From NCBI GenBank assembly GCA_050178385.1, contig JBFXGD010000006.1, forward strand, positions 1-48,216: 48,216 bases of DNA, written 5' to 3'. The translations under genes were made by a program, and so were the position numbers. Source of the stretch: Calditrichaceae bacterium (GTDB lineage: Bacteria > Calditrichota > Calditrichia > Calditrichales > JBFXGD01). The notes under the pieces were generated by a model. It was not told the DNA's origin. It worked only from the letters and a program-made list of their open reading frames with translations, and did no database searches. Position 1 is the first letter of the stretch, and every line of letters starts with the position of its first letter. Below, piece by piece: positions 20,577 through 28,800 of this stretch.

Positions 20577-21770
20577 ATGTTGACTATCTACTCAAAAGCC
20601 ATTCTAAATGTCATGAAACGCGAAATCACAAGGATTGCAGAACGCAAGTCTTTGTATTCCTTGATGATTATACTCCCGCTGATCCTGTTTCTGCTTTTCG
20701 CGTTCATCTATAAAAACGGTAGTATAGAAAATCTTCCGGTAGCGGTGTTCGACGAAGACAATTCTGCCCTTTCCAGATTGGTTATTCAATCGGTTGAGTC
20801 AACTAAGTCGATGAAAATTGACCGGTATGTTCATTCCATTGATGAGATCCGTGACGCGATGCTGTCCGGGAAAATACAAGCGGGATTTTATATTCCGGAT
20901 GATTTTTCCGGTAAGATAAGAAGCGGTAAAGCCGCCCGTGTGGTTGTTTATAAAAACACCAACAATCTCATCATTGGAAATTTGATATATAAAGATGTCA
21001 TTACCATCACAAAAACAATTTCGGGGGGCGTACTGCTAAAAAAACTGCGCTCTGAGGGGATGCATGAAGACCAGGCAATGAATATTGTTAGCCCGATCCG
21101 GCTGGAAACACAGTCCTTGTTCAACCCGGCATACAACTACGAAAATTACCTTGTTCCCGGTCTGATGCCTGTAATGCTCCAGATGATCATTATGATATCC
21201 GGTGTGCTTATTATCAGCTCCGAATACACGCACCGCACAATGGATGACTTGTTTAAAACAGCAGACAACCTTGTTCTGGCCGTTTTTCTGGGAAAATCCA
21301 TTCCTCATCTGCTGATCTATACGGCCATATCTTTAAGTATGATCGGAATCATATTTCCGCTTTTCGGCATACCGTACTCAGGTTCTGCAGTCACCGGTCT
21401 CCTTTTTTTGATATATTTTATATCCGCCAACTTCTTTTTGGCCATGTTTTTATCCACGCTTATCCATGACCAGCTGCTGGCTACGGAAATTGCCGTATTC
21501 TTTAACACACCGGCATTTATTTTCAGCGGGTACACTTTTCCTCTTTCAAGTATGCCCGGCGTTCACAGTGTCTATGGCCAGATGATGCCGTTTACACATT
21601 TTCTGAGCGGCTTTCTGAAAATCTATCAGATGAACGCGCCCATCAGCTATTTGTGGCCTGAAATCAAAATACTTTCGTTTTTTGTTTGGGGATTCATCGC
21701 ATTAAGCATCATCGCCATCAAATACAGAAAAAGCCATTTGCCGGCACTGACCGGAGGGGTGACGGTATGA
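20577..21770 (+). CDS. ABC-2 type transporter permease (YbhS/YhhJ-like)
   Basis: LPVAVFDEDNSALSR, FNPAYNYENYLVPG and FIFSGYTFP. Start may be TTG 20565 or ATG 20577. Confidence 0.9.
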   Translation: MLTIYSKAILNVMKREITRIAERKSLYSLMIILPLILFLLFAFIYKNGSIENLPVAVFDEDNSALSRLVIQSVESTKSMKIDRYVHSIDEIRDAMLSGKIQAGFYIPDDFSGKIRSGKAARVVVYKNTNNLIIGNLIYKDVITITKTISGGVLLKKLRSEGMHEDQAMNIVSPIRLETQSLFNPAYNYENYLVPGLMPVMLQMIIMISGVLIISSEYTHRTMDDLFKTADNLVLAVFLGKSIPHLLIYTAISLSMIGIIFPLFGIPYSGSAVTGLLFLIYFISANFFLAMFLSTLIHDQLLATEIAVFFNTPAFIFSGYTFPLSSMPGVHSVYGQMMPFTHFLSGFLKIYQMNAPISYLWPEIKILSFFVWGFIALSIIAIKYRKSHLPALTGGVTV

Positions 21771-23002
21771 CTAATCTGAATTTAAAAATCACAGGCTTTT
21801 ACCGGGTGTTTCTGCGCGAGATTCAGTTGATTAAAAGTGATATCAATATCATCATGGTCATTCTGCTGGCGCCTTTATTTTATGCATTTTTCTATCCTTC
21901 TATCTATGTGCATAAAACTGAACATGATGTGCCAATAGTTGTTGTTGATCATGACAAATCCGCGCTTTCAGCTGAACTGATCCGTTATCTCGATGTCCAT
22001 CAGCTTACAAAAGTGACTGAAACGGTGACCGATCTGGAACAGGCCAGCGACCGGATATACAAGATGGCCGCCGAAGGAGTTATTTACATCCCCGACGGCT
22101 TCGAAAACAATCTCAAAAGCGGCGACGGAACTGATCTGAAAGTTTATATCAACACTGACCGTTTTTTGATCTCGAACGACATCAACAAAGCGGTAAACGA
22201 AGTGATCGGTACAATGGGCGCCGGAATTCGTCTAAGCTACTTCCGGACAAACGGCAACAGCTTTGAACAGGCCATCGAATTGATGGAGCCGGTACATGGT
22301 GATATCAGACCGATGTTTAATCCATCTGAAAGCTACGGTGATTTTCTAATTCCCGGGCTCATGGTTCTGATTATACAGCAAACCTTATTGATCGGACTTT
22401 CTGAGAGCATGGCCAAAGAACGTGAGACACATACTCTCGGTACTCTTTTTGAGACCGCAAACCGGAGTATCTGGGCAACAATCGCCGGTAAAGCTTCATT
22501 TTATATTCTGCTGTTCGGATCATATAGTTTTTTCATGTTTACCGTACTTTTCAGGGTTTTTAAGCTGAATTTCGGAGGCAGTAAAAGCGCGCTCTTTGTC
22601 CTTACTTTTCTCTTTCTGCTCTCGGTCATTTTTCTGAGTCTTTTTGTTTCATCATTCTTTAAGCGAAAAATACTGTCAATGCAGTTTTTCGTATTTACAT
22701 CCTATCCGGTTTTTCTTTTGTCCGGTTACAGCTGGCCCCTGCAATCCATGCCGGCAATGTTGAGGACATTCGCTTATATGTTACCGGGAACGCCCTACCT
22801 GAGCGCTTTTGTAAGAATTACTCAAATGGACGCAGGCTGGAACCATATTTTACCCGAACTCCTGCTTCTTGCGGTACTTACTCTATCTGGTCTTCTTCTC
22901 ACGCGGTTCAGAATGAAGCAGCTGATAAATCAGGAACTGGATGAGAATCTCCACTCTCCGGTCTCTGGAGTAATGTCATTGTTCAGATTGAAGAGGGGTT
23001 AA
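21767..23002 (+). CDS. ABC-2 type transporter permease (YbhR/YhhJ-like)
   Basis: PIVVVDHDKSALS, FNPSESYGDFLIPG and LLSGYSWP; ATGA overlap with the upstream stop. Confidence 0.9.
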   Translation: MTNLNLKITGFYRVFLREIQLIKSDINIIMVILLAPLFYAFFYPSIYVHKTEHDVPIVVVDHDKSALSAELIRYLDVHQLTKVTETVTDLEQASDRIYKMAAEGVIYIPDGFENNLKSGDGTDLKVYINTDRFLISNDINKAVNEVIGTMGAGIRLSYFRTNGNSFEQAIELMEPVHGDIRPMFNPSESYGDFLIPGLMVLIIQQTLLIGLSESMAKERETHTLGTLFETANRSIWATIAGKASFYILLFGSYSFFMFTVLFRVFKLNFGGSKSALFVLTFLFLLSVIFLSLFVSSFFKRKILSMQFFVFTSYPVFLLSGYSWPLQSMPAMLRTFAYMLPGTPYLSAFVRITQMDAGWNHILPELLLLAVLTLSGLLLTRFRMKQLINQELDENLHSPVSGVMSLFRLKRG

Positions 23003-23112
23003 TTATCATGAATCCAAGACTAAATAAATTTACAACAATTCTGCCGACTCAGGTTGCAGGGTCTGCGGGATATACATTCAATAAACGCAATAAACACTTA
23101 AAGGAGGTCGTT

Positions 23113-23643
23113 ATGAAACGCCTTGTATTATTTTTCAACATTTTTATGATGGCATTTGCATCATCTTTATTCGCCCAGGACGGCAAGTTTTCTGTTGGTG
23201 TCGTTACATCCCATTACAGTGATTATGATTCAGACAGTCACTTTTCGGCTCTTGATAATCCTACAGGGATGGGCATACTCGTTGGATACCGGATTAGTGA
23301 AGATGTTTCCCTGGCATTGACCACTGAATTTTTCACGGGAGACATGGAAAACAACAGCGGATCGGAAGATGTGATCCGTACATCCTTATCCGGTTTTTTC
23401 TTCCCGTTCAATTACAGTACTGTTAATCCTTATCTTACGGCAGGAGCAGTTTTAAGCAATAGTAATAAGGATTATGATAACCGTGATTCTATCAGTAATT
23501 CTAAACTGATGAGCAGGCTTGGCGCGGGTATTGATGTGCCTCTTGTACAGAGATTAAGTCTGAATACCGATCTCGCTTTTTATGGCCATAATTTTGAATA
23601 TACAGGCTGGGTCCAGAGTCTCGGCTTACGTTTTGCCTTCTAA
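23113..23643 (+). CDS. Small (8-strand type) outer-membrane beta-barrel protein
   Basis: AAGGAGG RBS before ATG 23113, signal peptide, NPYLTAG, GAGIDV and terminal GLRFAF. Confidence 0.85.
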   Translation: MKRLVLFFNIFMMAFASSLFAQDGKFSVGVVTSHYSDYDSDSHFSALDNPTGMGILVGYRISEDVSLALTTEFFTGDMENNSGSEDVIRTSLSGFFFPFNYSTVNPYLTAGAVLSNSNKDYDNRDSISNSKLMSRLGAGIDVPLVQRLSLNTDLAFYGHNFEYTGWVQSLGLRFAF

Positions 23644-23663
23644 CGAAACCGGAAGAGTTAAGG

Positions 23664-23699
23664 AATTCCTCTCTGCGCATGCAGGGAGGAATTTTTTTT
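23664..23699 (+). terminator. Intrinsic terminator (between convergent genes)
   Basis: AATTCCTCTCTGC-GCAT-GCAGGGAGGAATT followed by a T run. Confidence 0.8.
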
Positions 23700-25809
23700 A
23701 TTTAAATATTTTTTGTTCCTCAGATTGCTTCTCATAATACTTTTTCAAGCCATTATAGAGCCATTGGGCCATATCCTCAGGAGACGGAAAATTAATCATC
23801 CGCAACTCAATCGCAACAGCCGCTTTATTTGTATTTCTGATTTCCGGGATATCCATATTCTGTTTCACTGATATCTCAAATCCCGGCTTCTTAAATTCAT
23901 CCAGCAGAGCTTCTGCAATATCAACACCCTTCATATTTCCTGGATATGTTGTCGCCTGTATCAGATCAGGGAAATTTGATGTTTTTGTTACACCGAATCT
24001 CAGATACCACCCATCCGGAAATTTATTTATCTTTTTGATCCTGTCATTGACAGAAAGTACAAAATTGCTATCCCTGACCGTGTAAACTGTCATTCCTGCA
24101 AATATTAATTTTTCACTCAAACGTTTTACAACCCTAAAATTATAGTCAGCGGCCGTCATTGAATCATTAATACCGGCGCTTTTTTCTGAACCTCCGTCCT
24201 GTGCGTCGAGAACAATGCTTTGATCAAAAAACAAACCATCATCCACTTCTTCAAGCGAGACATTCAAAATGGTCGTTTTATTACTGTCAATCGAGGCATG
24301 AGTATCCCGCGGGAAATAGCCGTTTTTTGTTACCTGGATATTGTGATTCCCGCCAGAAAACCCGGTCAGGAAAAAACGACCGTCAAAATCCGTTCGCGTC
24401 AGCAGGCTGTCACCCGAATATATTTCAGCATCCGCAAGAATCGAGCCTGCTTTAAGACGGCGAATTTCACCCTGTAAAATAGTCATCCCATCAGAAACAA
24501 ACCTGATCATAAGGGAATCAACCGCGCTGTCCGCCTCGGCATAAAGCCACATAACTGAGTCAAATGGCGTACTGTGCAGATAGACGCGCGCTTTTCCTTC
24601 CCGGAGCGGCCCTTCTTTGGTTTCAAGACTGCCACCGTAATGGGAAAATCCGAAATTCGTGCCATCCCATACCGGCTGACTGTCTTTGTCAAGAAACAAG
24701 ACATCGACAGGCAGATAAGAAATCCCGTCCGCGAGGATAGCGGCCGTGGGGATTGAAAAACGGATACTTTTAGCCGGGGATGACACGAAAAAATTAATTG
24801 GGCGCGGTAAATTACTGTTTTTAAATATATTGACGAGATCAACATCCACCGCGTGTTTTCCATTTGTCAGGGAAGAATCTACCTTTATGGTTATTCTGGC
24901 GGAATCCGGTTCAAAGGTGAAGGGCACTTTACGACCATCCACCCGGACATCCATCAGGCTGCTAAACAATCTGAGTCTTGCCGAATCACGTCCGTTGCGC
25001 CCTTTTAATCCGTCATCCACCGTTAATTTCAACAGGGGCGTTTTCGAAATGCTGACTGAATCTTTGCCAAACAGCCTGGCGGATGGGATCCCACTCTTAG
25101 CGTATTTGGCAAGCCCCAGAAAAATTCCATATGCTTCTCTCTTATTGTAATCTTTATTCTTGAGCCGTTTTTCCTCATCCCGGTTTGAATGGAAAGAACT
25201 TTCGCATAAAATAGCCGGGATTTTTACCGTTCGGAGCAACCCGAATCCTTCAGGATAAATCTGTTGATCGGAATGAAGACCGTCCGGGGAAATTTGCGGC
25301 AGATGCAGCGCGTCCACCAAACCGAAATATACATTTCTCGCGATATCCATACTCGCAGGCGAAAGATCGGGATGGATGTGATAGTAAACAGATACAAAGT
25401 TCGTATTTGGATTTGCAGAGGCGTTATGATGAAGTGAGATCAGGAAATCAGCACCGGATGTATTCGTCATTTCTGCCCGGTCAGCAAGGCTCATATAAAC
25501 ATCATCGTTTCTGGTCAGAGCAACCTTTGCACCGGCTTTTTCCAAAAATGATTTTAGATATATAGCGACACGCAGATTCACTTCTGCTTCCCGGAGCCCT
25601 GAGGGGCCGCGTTTGTAGTCCTTTAGCTGACTCAGTCCTCCGTGCCCCGGATCAATTACAATATTGAATCCCAGCAAATATTTAGCATAAACCGGCATGG
25701 CGTAATACTCATCAGGAAGATCCGTCCAGACCTTCTCTTTCGAACCCGGCCAGGCGCAGGATGAAACTAATAATCCGATAGATAGAATTATGATGAATCT
25801 GAATTTCAT
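23698..25809 (-). CDS. N-acetylmuramoyl-L-alanine amidase (Amidase_3) lipoprotein with Ig-like domains and a degenerate second amidase domain
   Basis: Lipobox VSSC, IDPGHGG, REAEVNL, SLHHNA and AILCESSF. A C-terminal copy reads IVLDAQDGG...TVRDSN...SVNDR...AVAIE. Confidence 0.88.
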   Translation of the reverse strand: MKFRFIIILSIGLLVSSCAWPGSKEKVWTDLPDEYYAMPVYAKYLLGFNIVIDPGHGGLSQLKDYKRGPSGLREAEVNLRVAIYLKSFLEKAGAKVALTRNDDVYMSLADRAEMTNTSGADFLISLHHNASANPNTNFVSVYYHIHPDLSPASMDIARNVYFGLVDALHLPQISPDGLHSDQQIYPEGFGLLRTVKIPAILCESSFHSNRDEEKRLKNKDYNKREAYGIFLGLAKYAKSGIPSARLFGKDSVSISKTPLLKLTVDDGLKGRNGRDSARLRLFSSLMDVRVDGRKVPFTFEPDSARITIKVDSSLTNGKHAVDVDLVNIFKNSNLPRPINFFVSSPAKSIRFSIPTAAILADGISYLPVDVLFLDKDSQPVWDGTNFGFSHYGGSLETKEGPLREGKARVYLHSTPFDSVMWLYAEADSAVDSLMIRFVSDGMTILQGEIRRLKAGSILADAEIYSGDSLLTRTDFDGRFFLTGFSGGNHNIQVTKNGYFPRDTHASIDSNKTTILNVSLEEVDDGLFFDQSIVLDAQDGGSEKSAGINDSMTAADYNFRVVKRLSEKLIFAGMTVYTVRDSNFVLSVNDRIKKINKFPDGWYLRFGVTKTSNFPDLIQATTYPGNMKGVDIAEALLDEFKKPGFEISVKQNMDIPEIRNTNKAAVAIELRMINFPSPEDMAQWLYNGLKKYYEKQSEEQKIFK

Positions 25810-25882
25810 ACGTCCTTTCGGGTCATTTTAAAGTTCTAAACGCATAATAACATGTGCATATCATCCGGATTGAATCTCCGGT

Positions 25883-28800
25883 CTATATTTTTAGAGCATC
25901 ATCATCTGTTTTTGGTAAAATCGTCCGCAAATCTTTTACAAGACCGGAATATTTTTTTTCTACCTTAAATCCAAACCGGTAGAAATATTCAGGCCGCAGA
26001 AAAGCAGTTGTCACCAATTCAACATACTCATCCCGCAGGCGGTTAAAGAATTCGTTCATGATGCCTTCACTGATGCCTTTCCGGCGGTAGCGATTCGAAA
26101 CTACAATTTTTTCCATATATACTGTTTTTTCATCTATATAGCTGTAAAAAAGTCCGCCGATAATGTGTCCGCGTTCAGAAACGGATACCAGAAAACGATG
26201 CTCAGGCCGGAAATTCACCGGAAGACTTGCTTCGAGGAACAACTGATGCAGCCGCGATATTTCTTTTGGTGAAACCGGCCGCCTGACCTGAAAGGGTACT
26301 CCGTCATAATCATCCATACGCACTACCACATCCGCCATGGAGCCGCCGTCACTGAGTGTACTCACGAGAACCGCTGAATCTGTGGGTCTGAGATGCGGGT
26401 AACTCAGACGCGTAAGGAAAAAAGCTTCTTTTTCATTTAAGGTATATTCTTTCTGCACACTGGACAACAGGGAGAGCGTCTCTTCTGTAGAGATATGTTT
26501 TTTATGCTGCTTTCGCACGATATCCATCATTTCTTCCTTCAACTGTTCAGATGAATCGGCAAAAACTGTTTCCAGGAAAAACCGGGTCCGGGTTTCCGGG
26601 TATTGACGGTCGAGTTCCTGGAGCTGATATGTATCCGAGAGTTCATTGAGTGTCCTTGCCTGCGCGGTAAACGCGGCATCCCTGCTCAGGTTGAACCAGC
26701 GGTGAAATCGTTTTATCGCGAAATACAATTTTTTGGGAACAAACCCGTTCTTTCTGGTATGGTTTATAAACTCATTCAGTGAATCGGCGAGGTCGTTTGT
26801 GGGACATGGTATTTCTGAATTTTTTACTTCGCGGTAAATTTTTTTCAGCAGTTTAAGACCATTCTCTTCACCCAGCGCGTCCAGTATACCTGAAAAGACA
26901 TAAAAACAAAATGATTCTCTTTTTATAAAAGGAAAATGCTCCTCGGAAGTTTTAATAAACTGATCCGAAAAATCATTCAGCAGCTCAACGGCATTTGTCG
27001 TAGCTGCGCGCTCTGCTATGGATATAAATCTCACCCCTGTTTGATAATCATGGGATGGTACTATGATATTATTAATAGATTTATCCGTTAATGACATTTT
27101 ATAGCCGGTTCTTCTCCAAAAACTTATATGGGCGGCCATCGCGGTCCAGACAAAGAACGGCCATAAATAGTATAACCTTCTGTTCATCTCATCATTCTTC
27201 TTACGGATTCCTCTCTGCATTATTTTTCCGACGGAATCTCCCGAAGCAAATTCCTCGCTCCAAAGATCAAATTCTCTCCAGTATCCTCCAAAATCATCCA
27301 CAAGACTCAATCCGTCTTTTGTCGCCCCGGCATGGATCAACCAGTTCATTTCAGAGAGAATTTGCTCGGTGGGATAATTTTTATTTAAGTTCAAAGTGAT
27401 ATCGTATCCGCCCTGATATCTTGTTTGAACTGAAACACGGTAAACAGATTTCGCGTTTGAACTGCTCAACTGACTTATCCAGATTCCACCCGCCGGTATA
27501 TCATACAAACGTATCATGTTTCCGTTTGAGAAGAGAAAAATCGCTTCTCTCAGAATGGATGTATTCGTAATGGCATCTAACTGACGCTGTCTGTCAGAGT
27601 CGGGGATGTCCTGTTCAAAAATGATCACATCAGACCAGCGGTATTCTTCACCGGTTTCCACATCAACCGCCACAGTCTGATTGCTTCCCAGCCAGTCTCT
27701 AAAACCGTCAAGAAGTTTTTTCCTTGCTTCCGAGGCTAATTCGGCAAGCTGTGGCCAGTCATCACGAAGCTGATACTTAACAATGAGCTGCCGCACACGT
27801 TTGTAGCGCGTAGGATGAAAAATACCGTAGGTTGCCAACAGTTCAAACAAAGAAGGAAGAGCGGTTTTTTGCAGATTCACTTTTTTTGACAATCCGGTCA
27901 GTTCGCTTTTGATAGCCGCGTAAATCGCATTTAGATTCTCATCGCCTCTGCTTGCTTTCACTATGGATTCTATAAGCTCATTGTCGATAATTTCCGGATC
28001 ATCACGAATAAATATTTTTAGAAACCATTCGAAGCTCTTGCCTTTAAAAATCGGCAGACCAAGTTTGAATAATTGTCTGCGGATCCCTGCATGAATGCTA
28101 AAATTCGGCCGTGAAATTAAATCGAGCGCCAGGCTGTAAAACGGAAGATTTTCATCTTCAAAAATCATGGCAAGATATTTTACTCCGTAAACGGCCTCTT
28201 CTAAATCCCGGGACCGTAAATGAATCGCGGCAAGATTTAGCCCCATCAGTGATTTTTCTCCACCGGACAACACCTTGCCCATAAGATCCATTAAGCGGCC
28301 GTTCAGTTCAATCGGCCCGGTCGTCGAATAATATTGAACATGTTCATGCGATCCATCCAGGCGGTACCATTGAAATATGGCATCTCCCGCGAATTCAATG
28401 AGTTTTGTATTCCCCAGCCAATAAAGAGGATTGGCGAGAAATATCTGAAAATCAATATAATTCCGTTCAATTTTATAATTAAAATCTCCGATCCGAAGTA
28501 TGTCCGGATGTCCGTCAATCTGTTTTATAGTCAGCACCTGATCATATTTCGGTATGGTGAGGCCGTCGGCGGTAGTTTTGATATCACCTTTGAGACAGCC
28601 TTTCTCTCTCAGGAACCAGTTCGGGATGCGTATTTCGGTCTCTCCCCACAATAAAGATGTATAATTTTTAGTGTACATCAAATTGATGATTTCATTAAAA
28701 TTATTTTCGATCACGCGGCGCTTATAAGTGCCTTTTGGCGTTAGTTCCCCGGCTTCTGCCGTAAATGGCCGGTCAGTGATCCTGAAATCGACAATACGTT

